IMG/VR virus record: IMGVR_UViG_3300027896_000011
Coordinates: 32,001-96,000 of that record
Source: a virus
DNA: 64,000 nucleotides
Direction: 5' to 3' (one strand)
The notes under the pieces: generated by a model
Databases searched by the model: none
What the model saw: only the letters and a program-made list of their open reading frames with translations
What the model was told of the DNA's origin: nothing
Program-made: the position numbers and the translations under genes
In this document: positions 48,107-59,100 of the stretch, one piece after another
Layout of the letters: each line of letters begins with the position of its first letter
Position numbering within the stretch: the first letter of the stretch is position 1

Positions 48107-49138
48107 ATGATTACAGCCAGTATATTTGATGAGCTAGAAAAGATTGCTCTTAACGCGGGTTCGCGTGGGGGTAAGGTACATCATTATACCGCTAAAAATA
48201 ATCCGGTTTATCAAAGTGATATAGATCGCCAGAATAAAGAAAAACAATCAAAAGGATGGACGGTCGGTAACATAGCTAAAGGTGTAGCTGGTGCTGCTAG
48301 TGCTGTTGCGCTTGGTCTTGCTGCACGTAAGGTTCTTGGGAATGCGGCTGCTAAAAAAGCGGCAGAACGTATAGTTGATAATCATGTTAAGTGGACCAAT
48401 GCTAAGAAAGCGTATGAAAATATATATGATATAGGCAAAGGTGTGTACCATGAGGCAGATCATACTGCTGGTTATACAGCGTTTAATAAGCATTTTGAGG
48501 ATGCACGTAAAGCGCACGATAGCGCACATTACGCTAATAATTGGAAGAAGTGGGATAAATGGAGTGCTAGTAATAAAGCACATGCTGCCAGTCATGATGC
48601 TTATGAGCATGCAAAGGGAGTTAGAGAAGATCTGCATAATAGTAGACAAAAAGCTAAATGGGCTGCAGAAGACACAGAATGAGCTAAATGGGAAGCGAAC
48701 AAAGCTAAATGGAAGGCAGAAGACACAGAACGAGCTAAATGGGAGGCAAGTGATCCATTCGCAGATTTTCGCAATAGCTGGAAAAATGAGTGGGGGCCAA
48801 ATCCATTTGAAGGATTTCATTGGGGGCAAAAATCTGGAAGGAGCTACGATCCTGGAGCTCGTACCAAAAATTATAGTGTCGGGCATGTTACTAAGTTAGA
48901 AGAAGCGGGTTTACCTGGCTTGGGTAAAGTCAAGACTAAGGCTGAAGCCAAGAAAGTCTACAGAGATTTCGTGGTTAAACACCATCCAGATAAGCTGCAA
49001 AATGTTAGCGCACAAGAACAAGCAGCTATGACAGAAAAACTTAAGACGGTTAATAACCTTTGGAGTTCATATAAAAACTCGGATGAGTTTTCTAAACTAG
49101 CAGCAATACGTTATGCTTTTTTGACTTTTATAAGATGA
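48107..49138 (+). pseudogene. J-domain (DnaJ-like) protein interrupted by one in-frame TGA at 48680
   Basis: The frame stays open past the TGA to KVYRDFVVKHHPDKL; the next repeat copy has CGA at the same position. Confidence 0.7.
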
Positions 49139-49240
49139 ACACAAGTATCCCATGAATATCACACAGCAAAACGTCTTTCAGCTTTGGTGGCCCTTATAAA
49201 AGGGTTATGATTTGCTTAGGCGTTTTAGAAAGTAGGCATC

Positions 49241-49657
49241 ATGGGACCATCAAAGAAAAAGCAGTTATCTGACACTGATGAGGCCCTTGTTGCTATTGCA
49301 AGTGAAACCGGTGGTGAGATTGGCGCGCAAAGAGTTTTAGACCACATAGACATACCAACTTTTAACGCAAATGGGTTAATGCACGAATTAAGTGACTCTA
49401 TGAAGGAACTGATTCGATTAATCGCTAGAGATATAGTAAGTAGTCACGAGAGGGATTGCGCTGGATTGGAAAGAGTTGAAAGGCGGGTTGACGATATGCA
49501 GAAGACAATAAACGTACATAGCGATGTAATCAATCAGTATTTAGGTGAAAAGAAATTTAAACGATATGTACAGCCTATACTGATTGGATTTGTTGGTAGT
49601 GCAGCAGGAGTAGCCCTTGTTGGACTACTTCTAAAAGGTCTTCTTTTTCATCACTAA
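49241..49657 (+). CDS. Coiled-coil protein with a C-terminal transmembrane helix (holin/hemolysin-like candidate)
   Basis: ILIGFVGSAAGVALVGLLL. Confidence 0.5.
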   Translation: MGPSKKKQLSDTDEALVAIASETGGEIGAQRVLDHIDIPTFNANGLMHELSDSMKELIRLIARDIVSSHERDCAGLERVERRVDDMQKTINVHSDVINQYLGEKKFKRYVQPILIGFVGSAAGVALVGLLLKGLLFHH

Positions 49658-49703
49658 AATATTTTTATATTTATTTTAATCCGCAAACTCCCCAGGAGAT
49701 TCT

Positions 49704-50147
49704 ATGTATATTTACAAAGCGTTCAGTAGCCCAGACGAGCTAACAGATTTCTTGAACGGTGCTATCTTTAGCTCCCCTCTTCCGGCCACTGTATATGGTC
49801 TGCATGGGCTAACCGTTATAATCAATAACGGTTCTGCGGATAAGACTACAACCTTTTCAGACCCTACCGGTGCAGGTCTTAGTCCAGCAAACATACTGGC
49901 ACAGATATACGCAACCGACAGTACTATGCAAAAGGTAAAACTGCGGTCATATGGGTTAATTCCAAATAAACCAGTGCTTGTAATCGCAGAAACAAGTTAC
50001 GCAACTAAAGGCGGTACAGCTGTAACTATTTTGGGTCTGCCCTCGGCTACTACTAATGTTACAGCTATATCTAAGACCAATATCGTATGGGTAACTGCCT
50101 CTATCTCGGGCAATCCTCGTTACGATGTTCTATACGTTACTACCTAA
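49704..50147 (+). CDS. Structural protein paralogous to a tail sheath insertion domain
   Basis: INNG...TFSDPTGAGL...ILAQI matches sheath INNG...TFSDPTSAGL...ICDQI. Confidence 0.6.
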   Translation: MYIYKAFSSPDELTDFLNGAIFSSPLPATVYGLHGLTVIINNGSADKTTTFSDPTGAGLSPANILAQIYATDSTMQKVKLRSYGLIPNKPVLVIAETSYATKGGTAVTILGLPSATTNVTAISKTNIVWVTASISGNPRYDVLYVTT

Positions 50148-50157
50148 GGAGCACGTT

Positions 50158-52041
50158 ATGAGTGAAGACGCTCTATTCAAAGCACTCTCTACCAGTAACC
50201 AGATTCCTTGGGATAAAGCTGCAGAACACTTCATGTACATGAAGATTGCTTCTGGTGGATTATACGTTGACGAAGTAGATTTGTTGAAAGAGGCTGCAGC
50301 AGGTTTAGCTCCAGAAGATGTTCAAAAAGCTTTAGATCAAGGTACCATCTCAGGTATCCGTTCTTCCGTAGCTCAGGACATTACAAATAAAGCTAAGCAT
50401 CAACGTACTCATGGAGAACGTATAGGTAAAGGTCTAGGTTCTATTGCTGGTCTTGCAGGTGGTGTACTCGTCGGACGTGGTGGGCATACCCCAGGTGAAA
50501 GGGCTTTTAGAGCCGCAGTTGGTTTAGTTGGGGGGCATGAGGCCGGAAAAGTAATAGGACAGGAATTAGATGCACATAAGCTGAATAAGCGTGGGGCAAT
50601 GGAGAAGGACTCTGGAGTCCTCAGCAGTATTGGTGGTTGGGCTCTTAAGAATCCTAGATTAGCTGTAGGCGCTGCCGGTGCAGGTCTTGGTGCCTTAGCT
50701 GGAGCTGCAGGTACAGCAGGTGACCCTAATGCTAGTATGCTTGGTGGAGCAGCAAAAGGTGCCTTACTTGGTGGTGGTCTAGGATTGGCAGGCTCACACC
50801 TTGGCATGAAGGCCATGGCTAATAGGGGTATGTCCGCAAGTATGAGATTGCCTAAAGGTAGAAATCTCACTCTCACCCCCACATTAGCTGCTGGTAAACT
50901 AAATCCTGGGCTCAAAATGGCTGCTATGAATACGCTCAAGCAGGCCATGATTAAAGAAGGTTGGAGTCTTCGTAACCTATTCAAAGCTGCTCCAGAAGTT
51001 ATTCCTCCAGAGGATGTTGGAGAGGCTGCTCTTTCTGGTGGCCTTCAAGAAGGTCCTTCTGGCGCTATTAATGAAGCAGCCGGACAAGTAGGTGGATTAG
51101 CTGGTCATGCTCTTGGTGAGAAATTACATTATCCGGCCTTAGGAGCTATGGCAGGTAACCTAGGAGCAAAAGGCATAGCCGGTCAGCTCACAGAAGGTAT
51201 GGATAATCCAAAAACTGCTGCAGCTAATAAACTTCTATCTGCTATCCGGGCATTTAAGAAGACAGCAGAAGAACCTCGAGGTGGCCTCTCTACCACCGAT
51301 GAAAATGCCCCAGTAGGTCCTAATGAGTTCTCAGGAAATCAGTACCCACCAACGCATGATGAGATGGGAGCTGCTCCAGATGCAGCCCCAGTGGTTAATG
51401 TAGACCAAGACCTACAACCAGACCCCTCAGATGCCATTATGGCACTTCTACAGAAGGGTAATGAATCTGAATTCCATGCTGCTCGAGCAGATGAGGCACA
51501 AGAGGCTGCTGCTTCTGCAGAAGAACGTGCATCTATGCTCGAGAGCCAGATGCAACAACTCTTGCAAGAGATTGAACAAGTAAAACAAGAGTCTGGTGGC
51601 CAAGCACAACAGGCTAGTGAACAAGCTATGATGGCCTCACAAGATGCGATGGCTGCTAGAACAGAATCACAAACTGCTCAACAACAAATGATGCAGTTGC
51701 GTCAATCTATCACCTCCTACCGGCAACAGCTAATGGACATGCTGGCTCAAGATCCGACAGTTGTAGCTGGTCCTCCACAAGTACCAGTAGGTCCTCCACC
51801 AGGTCCTGCAGGTATGACTGGTTCTACAGGAGGTCCTGGAGATATAGGCCAACCTATGCCATCAGGTCCTATGGGTCCTGAAGGTGTCCCAAGTCCTGAG
51901 GCACCACAAGGAGCTCCTCCGGCTGCAGAGGGTGCGCCTAAAGCAGAAGCACCTAAAGCACCTAAACCTGAAGCCCCAGCATCTGGTGTAAATGTAAATA
52001 TACATCCACCAAAAGCGGCAAAGCCTGCAGCTAAGGAGTAG
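50158..52041 (+). CDS. Multi-glycine-zipper, coiled-coil, Pro-rich putative virion protein
   Basis: Start MSEDAL with RBS AAGGAG; three Gly-zipper blocks separated by K-x-[AGS] sites. Confidence 0.65.
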   Translation: MSEDALFKALSTSNQIPWDKAAEHFMYMKIASGGLYVDEVDLLKEAAAGLAPEDVQKALDQGTISGIRSSVAQDITNKAKHQRTHGERIGKGLGSIAGLAGGVLVGRGGHTPGERAFRAAVGLVGGHEAGKVIGQELDAHKLNKRGAMEKDSGVLSSIGGWALKNPRLAVGAAGAGLGALAGAAGTAGDPNASMLGGAAKGALLGGGLGLAGSHLGMKAMANRGMSASMRLPKGRNLTLTPTLAAGKLNPGLKMAAMNTLKQAMIKEGWSLRNLFKAAPEVIPPEDVGEAALSGGLQEGPSGAINEAAGQVGGLAGHALGEKLHYPALGAMAGNLGAKGIAGQLTEGMDNPKTAAANKLLSAIRAFKKTAEEPRGGLSTTDENAPVGPNEFSGNQYPPTHDEMGAAPDAAPVVNVDQDLQPDPSDAIMALLQKGNESEFHAARADEAQEAAASAEERASMLESQMQQLLQEIEQVKQESGGQAQQASEQAMMASQDAMAARTESQTAQQQMMQLRQSITSYRQQLMDMLAQDPTVVAGPPQVPVGPPPGPAGMTGSTGGPGDIGQPMPSGPMGPEGVPSPEAPQGAPPAAEGAPKAEAPKAPKPEAPASGVNVNIHPPKAAKPAAKE

Positions 52042-52043
52042 CT

Positions 52044-53156
52044 GTGCTCACAGCTGGGCAGATAAAATATGCAGCTTTTAAAGCTGAGCTGTCCAAGTTA
52101 TCTGGTATTGTTGACTGGGTAGCTGAAAGACCCCTCACTTCTGCTGCATTAGGTGCTGCAGGGTCAGGTACTTATAAGCTTTTTAGGCATGGTCCGTGGG
52201 GAGAGAGTGGAAGGTCTATACCTGAAACCAGAGACATACAAAAATCCCAGATGCTAGAGGGTGCAGAACTAAAAAAAGCACTCAAAGATCAAAAAAGCCA
52301 TGCCTTAGCTGCTGAAGCTGCTGGGGCGGGTATAGGTGCAGCTGGAGTAGCTGGTGCAGGGCTGTTAGCTAATCAACATATACTTGGACCAAGTATTGTA
52401 AAAGCTGAAAAAGGATTAACCACCTCGCAGGAAGAGTTAGGGAACATGTTTACACGTGCGGGTAGTGATTTGACTGCACGTGGAGCCCCTATACCAAGAG
52501 CATTTGTGGCTCCTGATGGCGGATTAGATGTTGGGGTGCATATACCAAAAGGAGGTTATCAGCCTTCTTTTTTACGCAATTGGGAAGCTAGGCAAAATGC
52601 AGTACCAGTCGCAAAAGCGCTACAAATAACCCCAGAAGATGCTAAAAAATTAGTTCTTGATGCCATGAAGGGAACTGGGGCGGTAGTGCTGCCTGGAGGT
52701 GTAGGTCCTCATGTAGCTGCACACGAACTAGGACACTCATTATTTGGAGCTACCAGATTAGGTAAGGCTAGTAAGGCTTTACGTTTACCCGGCTACTTAG
52801 GAACAGCTGCTGGTACAGCTATGGCATCTTCAGCAGACCCTGACTCTACTACGTCAAAAGTTGCTCCATTAGTGGCAGCTGCAGGTATAGCTCCAGCTAT
52901 GGGTGAGGAGCTTGGAGCCTCATTAAAAGGGTTGAAGTTAATGAAGAATACTGGCTTTACCCCTGCGCAGCTTAGTACTGCACGTAAGCAAATGGGTAAG
53001 GCTTTTGGTACGTATGCAGCTGGAATAGGATTACCAGTAATTGCTGCTCCTTATATTATCCGCAAAGTTAGAGAGTATAATCGTAAACGCCGGGAAGAGA
53101 AGGGCATAGAGAGCCCTGGTGTATTGCAGAGCAGAATAGACGCTCTAGGAGAATGA
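52044..53156 (+). CDS. Zincin-like metallopeptidase with Gly-rich hydrophobic segments
   Basis: AAHELGH (HExxH) and a downstream EELGAS; AFKAELSKLS tag. Confidence 0.65.
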   Translation: MLTAGQIKYAAFKAELSKLSGIVDWVAERPLTSAALGAAGSGTYKLFRHGPWGESGRSIPETRDIQKSQMLEGAELKKALKDQKSHALAAEAAGAGIGAAGVAGAGLLANQHILGPSIVKAEKGLTTSQEELGNMFTRAGSDLTARGAPIPRAFVAPDGGLDVGVHIPKGGYQPSFLRNWEARQNAVPVAKALQITPEDAKKLVLDAMKGTGAVVLPGGVGPHVAAHELGHSLFGATRLGKASKALRLPGYLGTAAGTAMASSADPDSTTSKVAPLVAAAGIAPAMGEELGASLKGLKLMKNTGFTPAQLSTARKQMGKAFGTYAAGIGLPVIAAPYIIRKVREYNRKRREEKGIESPGVLQSRIDALGE

Positions 53157-53434
53157 CCATGGATACTTTCCTTTCTGATTTATATGACCGGGGAATTGTT
53201 AAGGCAGCAGTAGCTGGACCTACTACTCCACCTTGTCCAGAAGCCTCTGCTGTAAAGTCTTTAGAAGCTGAAATTAAAGCACCGGCAAAGAAGGTCACTC
53301 CACCAGAGATACCTACTGCGGCGGAGAAGAAAGCAGAGATGGTTATTACTGCTATGAGGGCCACTAGAAATGTTCCTATACATATTAAGAAGGCAGCAGC
53401 TAAGTATTTGGGGCAGAAATTAGCAAGGAGATAA
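53153..53434 (+). CDS. Hypothetical protein
   Basis: 93 aa; translationally coupled. Confidence 0.6.
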   Translation: MTMDTFLSDLYDRGIVKAAVAGPTTPPCPEASAVKSLEAEIKAPAKKVTPPEIPTAAEKKAEMVITAMRATRNVPIHIKKAAAKYLGQKLARR

Positions 53435-53438
53435 GATC

Positions 53439-53780
53439 ATGGATTTCCTAACAAAGTTGTACGCGGAAGAAAAAGAGAAGAATGCTAGTGCAGAGCTCGA
53501 GCAGCTCTATAAGCAGATGTCTGTCTCTCAACTAGAAGATGTTCTTGGAATTAAGACAGCTGGTAATGTTAAAGATTTGGCTTTGGCATCCCTACTAGGT
53601 AGTGCTGCAGTAGGGGGTACTAGTGCTTTAGTAGATAAAGAACATGTAGGTCGAAATGCTCTAATAGGTGCTGGATTAGGTGCTGGTGGTATGGCTGCTG
53701 GTAAGATGATAGGCAAAGGAATGGTTGGGTTAACAAATCGTCATCTTAGAGATGCAGCGGCAAAATTAGCTAAGAAATAA
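53439..53780 (+). CDS. Small glycine-zipper protein
   Basis: EKNAS and IKTAG sites; GAGLGAGG. Confidence 0.6.
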   Translation: MDFLTKLYAEEKEKNASAELEQLYKQMSVSQLEDVLGIKTAGNVKDLALASLLGSAAVGGTSALVDKEHVGRNALIGAGLGAGGMAAGKMIGKGMVGLTNRHLRDAAAKLAKK

Positions 53781-54695
53781 ATGGCTCAGAATCTCACATT
53801 CATAAATACTAAAATCCGAAGCTTCTCTTTGGATTTTCTGGAAGTCCTATGGGAGATCGAAGATACCAATATCGACCCCCTAGACTACCAGCTTTATGTA
53901 TTGAGATCAGAGTCCCCCATGGGTCCGTTCGATACTATTGCCGGACCATTTGAAGACAAATATCGCTTTGTAGATAATCATGTAAACCTACTGCATAGAT
54001 GGCGGCAGATATACTACAAGATTAGAAGTGTTCAGAAGGTTGATCAAAACAACTTCGTAGAGTCTGAACCCTTTACCTTTGCCAATAATCCGGATTTGAT
54101 TGGACAAGAGATTCAACGTCTCGAACGCTTAGTATGGAGCGAATACGCTGGTAATAAGTGTTTTGTCTTTCCTGTCCGGACATTTGGTAAGAGATGCCAG
54201 AATTGTTACGATGGCCCGGAAAAAGGTAAAGGGTTCACTAGTCAGCGTAGACGAAGTAATTGTTTGAGTTGTTTTGATACAACATATACTCGTGGGTATT
54301 ACGATCCAATCGAAATATACATGCAGATAGATCCTAGCTCTAAATCCATACAGAACTTAAAAGTAGGTGAGCGAGGACAAACTGATACTACAGCTAGATT
54401 ACCTAACTTCCCATTGATGAAGCCTCGAGATTTGATAGTTGAGGCCAATAACATTAGATGGCGTGTAGTAAAGGTCACTCCGACGGAGAGAATGAGGTCA
54501 GTAGTACATCAAGAACTCGTACTTCATGAAATTGTAAAAGGTGATATAGAGTACCAGCTTCCCATTCGTATAGATGACTTGAGAAGCTTTGAACCTAGTC
54601 CTGCTAGAAACTTCTTGAATCCTCAAGATTTGCAGGCATTTGAAGAACAAGCTATTAATGATATTTACGCTGTGTACGGGATGAGAATGCCATGA
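53781..54695 (+). CDS. Neck/head-closure protein candidate
   Basis: FN3-like N-terminus; CQNC...CLSCFDT; KPRDLIVE..NIRWRV. Confidence 0.5.
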   Translation: MAQNLTFINTKIRSFSLDFLEVLWEIEDTNIDPLDYQLYVLRSESPMGPFDTIAGPFEDKYRFVDNHVNLLHRWRQIYYKIRSVQKVDQNNFVESEPFTFANNPDLIGQEIQRLERLVWSEYAGNKCFVFPVRTFGKRCQNCYDGPEKGKGFTSQRRRSNCLSCFDTTYTRGYYDPIEIYMQIDPSSKSIQNLKVGERGQTDTTARLPNFPLMKPRDLIVEANNIRWRVVKVTPTERMRSVVHQELVLHEIVKGDIEYQLPIRIDDLRSFEPSPARNFLNPQDLQAFEEQAINDIYAVYGMRMP

Positions 54696-55285
54696 TTAAT
54701 GCAGCATTTTTTGATGAGCTAGAGAAAATCTCTGCTGTTCTCTCTTTACAGCATCGAGAAAGCCTACCCTCTAAGAGTTTTGCTGTTCCAGAAAGAACGG
54801 CTAAGCGTATTGGGGTAGCTAATGAAATTCAAGGTGAGTCTAAAGGTAAATACCCGATTCATGATAGTTCACATGCTCGAGCAGCTCTTAGAATGGTAGC
54901 CATGCATGGTACTCCTCAAGAGAAAGAACTTGTCCGGGCAAAGGTTAGAGCAAAATATCCAGAGATTGGACAAAAGACAGCAGCTATGTTCGATGAGCTC
55001 AGCAAGATAGCAGAGGAGGCTGGCGAAGGTCCGGGTGGCCCTTTCGTTACTAAGGATAGGCTTAAGAGACTTGGAATAGCCTCTCTTCATACTGCTGGGG
55101 GCGCTGGTCTTGGTTGGGCTACTGGTGAAGCTATTAAACGGTGGATAGATAAGTCACCTAAGAGACAGAACATATATGGCAAAGTTCTTCCAACTTTAAC
55201 TGGAGCAGCGGCATTAACAGCCTATCTACACAGGCATCACACAGATAATTATATCCGTCACGGGAAGAAGAAAAAAGATGTCTGA
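54692..55285 (+). CDS. DUF6582-like protein with two FDELxKI tags
   Basis: LPSKSFAVP...KYPIHDSSHARAAL; AFFDELEKIS and AMFDELSKIA. Confidence 0.6.
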   Translation: MINAAFFDELEKISAVLSLQHRESLPSKSFAVPERTAKRIGVANEIQGESKGKYPIHDSSHARAALRMVAMHGTPQEKELVRAKVRAKYPEIGQKTAAMFDELSKIAEEAGEGPGGPFVTKDRLKRLGIASLHTAGGAGLGWATGEAIKRWIDKSPKRQNIYGKVLPTLTGAAALTAYLHRHHTDNYIRHGKKKKDV

Positions 55286-56102
55286 GACGACTAGTGGACG
55301 TATTTTTACCTCTGAAGAGAATGATATCTCTTGGGGTAACGATCCGTTAAACTATCTAGTCCGTGTATTCATTGCCTTCTTGCAAACTATATGGGAGTCC
55401 GCTCCTCGAGGGGCTTTTCATTGGACTCCTTACGCGGAAGACACTGAAATTGTGATTACTGAGGAGAATCCAGTACACACAGAGACTATGGAGAAGCGTC
55501 CTACTTTGATCGTTTCTCTTGGTCCTACTAGATTTAATGGTACGACGTTAGATGATCTGTCTGGATTGAATCTGCATAATTCCGCAGAGAAGCATACAGA
55601 CTTAATGCCTACCAACGTCACTATCTTTTGTGTATCTCGTGTTCCTTCTGAAGCTAGATTTCTTGCTTGGCAGAATGCCAGGATGATCTGGTCTATGAGG
55701 AAACTCTTTATCGCGGAAAAGGGGATACAAGATTGTGGTAGACGGAATGAAATAGGGTCTGTGACGCCTGCTGGAACGTTGGTGGTGGGTGATACTGAAG
55801 CAGAGTGGTCGGCATGCTCCGTTACGGTGCCTGTGTACATGCAGTGGAGTGATTTGGTGACACCGTTGAAGTATGAAGTCGACGGGCATCAGATATATAA
55901 ATTAGAGCATATTAAATTAGCATTTCGGGGACGGATGAAAGAAGTAAGCGCTTCCCTCGGCCTCCCTCAGTCTGGTAATGATAGTAATATGCAAAGGTGG
56001 TCCGCTGGTACGGAAGATAGAGTACCAACCGTATGTACGGGAGGTAGTCTTCGGCCACCTATGATCAATGGAAGAGTTATTCAGCAGACAAAGGTTAAAT
56101 AG
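55278..56102 (+). CDS. Tail completion/terminator protein candidate
   Basis: Immediately upstream of the sheath gene. Confidence 0.5.
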   Translation: MSETTSGRIFTSEENDISWGNDPLNYLVRVFIAFLQTIWESAPRGAFHWTPYAEDTEIVITEENPVHTETMEKRPTLIVSLGPTRFNGTTLDDLSGLNLHNSAEKHTDLMPTNVTIFCVSRVPSEARFLAWQNARMIWSMRKLFIAEKGIQDCGRRNEIGSVTPAGTLVVGDTEAEWSACSVTVPVYMQWSDLVTPLKYEVDGHQIYKLEHIKLAFRGRMKEVSASLGLPQSGNDSNMQRWSAGTEDRVPTVCTGGSLRPPMINGRVIQQTKVK

Positions 56103-56111
56103 GAGGCCATT

Positions 56112-59100
56112 ATGGCTACTGAGCTTCTACAACCAGGCGTAACAGTTATTCAAGAGTTTCGTACTGTCAGCCCTACTATCGTAACTCCTACATTGGTTCC
56201 GTGCGCTGTTGCGCCAGCATTCCAAATTGTAGATGCTATGACGACTAATGCTGCGGGCAGTCAGGTAGCAAATTCTGAAGCTGTTGTATCTGTTCCCGCC
56301 GTGTTGGTATCTACTTCAGCAGCGCCTTATGCGTCTATGAACGCTAAGGTGTTGAGTGTAAGTATCAACAATGGGCCTACGCAGTCATTTACTTTTTCAG
56401 ATCCTACTAGCGCCGGTCTAGACGCTGGTCAAATCTGTGATCAGATTGCTTCTCAATCTCCTGCTGGTTTTGGTGCATATGTAGTTACTAAAAATACAAC
56501 TACTTATGTACAGCTGCGTACTACAGCTAGCGGGGATGGACAATATCTAAAGATATTAGCAGGTACTGCTAATTCAGTACTTGGATTCGCGGAGGGATAC
56601 CAAGTTGAAGGTGTGTCTAGCTACAAACAAACACACGTTCGTATTGAACAACTGAATTTCCCAGACCCTAGGGGAATTGCAGATGAGATGGCAGTCAATA
56701 CTGACTCTATCAGAGCTTTTATCAATACCGGTAAAGCTCTTAAAGAAGTATTCCGTACTGAAAGCTTTTTGCGGAATAAGAAGGAGACTACCTATACCTC
56801 TGGTGTAGATGTTACCTTCCCAGGTGGTGGTCTCTCTGGTCTGACTTTTATCTTCCAGCAAGGTCTACAAGGGGCAGCTACTACTTATACCTTCACTACT
56901 AGTCCGGCTACTGTTGACAATCTAGTCACAGCTATGAATACCCTATTGGGTACTGCTGCTACTATGTCAGCCTCCGGAAATAAGGTAGTACTAACTTCTG
57001 AACAAGGTTACATTAAGATAGGTGCAGGCACAGCTAACACTTATTTAGGTTGGACTGCAAATGCAGAAGCCTATACGCTCATTGTTGTTGATGACGGTGA
57101 TGGCGACTCAACCAGCCCTCTAATTAAAGTAGCACAAGATAATTTTACAGCTACTGCAGGATACGCCAGTATAACTGGCACTACTACTATCAGTACAGAA
57201 GTAGCAGTCAATAATCTTACACTTCAAGTGTCTAATGATGGTTCTGCAATGCAAGAGATTGCATTTAGCGCTGGTCCAATTTCAGGCTCAACAGGCGGAG
57301 TATCTACTGCTCTTGATGGCAAATCTTTGTTCTTTACAGTTAATGGAACACATAAAACTTGTACATTCTCTACCCCAGCAACTCTAGCTGCTGCAGTAAC
57401 ACAAATCAATACGGCTGCTGGTACAACGGTTTGTTACCTTACTAATACGGATAAAGTTAATTTCCAAGTTGGTGGAGCAACTCCAACTTTGGGTGGTGAT
57501 TTTACTCTTGTATATGGTGGTACGGCTAATGAAGATACCGTTTACGGTGCTCTTAATATTGATGCTCTAGTAAGCACTCCTACTCCGTCGGTTGTCTATC
57601 AGACACTCAGTCTAGCTGAGATCATAACTGCAATTAACACCGTCATGGGTGCTGGATTTGCTTCTAATGCTACTAATAAGCTGAAGCTCACCTCACCAAT
57701 CACTGGTGCAGAATCTGAAGTTCGTATTGGTCGTGGTACTGCCAATACAATCCTAGGACTCGTCAATGATGCTTATGCTAACGGTTATCCCTTCCCACCA
57801 AAGGTAGGAGATGATGTTTACGCTGATGGCGTATTCATCGGTAAGGTGTCTGTCATAGCTCCGGGAGCTGTAACAACAACTTTGAAACTCGATAGAGAAC
57901 TGGCTCTCACTTTCGTAGCACAAGCTATGTATATTGAATCAGTTAATATACCAAGTAGCTTGCCTGCCGATAGACCAACACCAAACTTGGTAATAGACCT
58001 ATCTGGTGCTGTTCTTGTCAAACAGGGAATCCTACGTGATACAGAGGGTTTTGCTTTGGCAAATGCCTCTGGAGCTTTGATGATAGCTTACAAGGCTCTA
58101 CGTCTAGATGTTACTTCTCAGGCTAGTAAACCAGCTCTATTAAACTTCTCGGACATCACTACACTCGAAACAGCTCTATCTCCTCTTAATGTAGATAATC
58201 CACTTGGATTGATGCTCTATTTCATGATGCTTAATGCACCAGGAGTGACGATTTCTGGTATAGGTGTCAATGAGGTGAGCGCTGCTAATCCAGATGGTAC
58301 CGTAGCTGGTTACTCTGGAGCTTTAGCCTTCCTAGAGCCACAAGAAGTATATGCTCTTGCTCCTGCTTCACAAGATTCAGTGGTCCATCAAACATGTGCT
58401 ACCCACGTAACAGCTATGTCAGAGCCTGAAGCTGGTGGAGAGCGAGTTGTGTTTATTAATCCCGCAATGCCAGATGAAGATTTGCCTACTCTAGTAGGTA
58501 GTGGTGATGGGGATAGCCTTCCATCTACCAATTGGTTTGATACTCATGTATCTAGCTTGGCAGCAGACCTGCTAGCAAAAGGTATTAATCCAGTAGGCAC
58601 TATCCCTGTGAGCGCTGGGTTATATCTAACAGTGGCCGGAAGTACAAAACACTATAATATTGCTCAGATATCTGGTACTCGAGTACTTGTACGTGTTGCT
58701 TTCTCTGCCGGAGATAACACAGATGGGTTCTATTCGATTACTAATCTGTCCGGAAGTTTAATTGGTACTGCATTCTCGCTATACATTCGTGGAACGGCTT
58801 TAGTAACTTCTACTGGTTTGCCGGATTATGAACGTATAGCATTAGCGTACCAAAAAATGGGACAGACATACTTGAATCGTCGGGTACGTATGGTTGCCCC
58901 GGAGAAAGTGGGAGCAACAATTAATGGTACAGAAGAGCTCATTCCTGGGTATTACCTCTGCAGCGCTCTAGCAGGTATGGTAGGCCAATTACCTCCACAA
59001 CAGGGCTTTACGAACTATCCTATTACTGGCTTTACTCGAGCAGTAGGTTCGAATGAGGTGTTTAGCCGGAGACAAATGAATGTAGGAGCTGCTGGGGGTA

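Noticed and set aside
48680-48682. Genome-wide TGA or TAG recoding
   Set aside because: Both codons end many genes cleanly (including ATGA overlaps), and long genes are intact in the standard code.
48248-48899. ORFs 48441-48899 (+) and 48248-48886 (-)
   Set aside because: Shadows of the repeat region of the J-domain gene.
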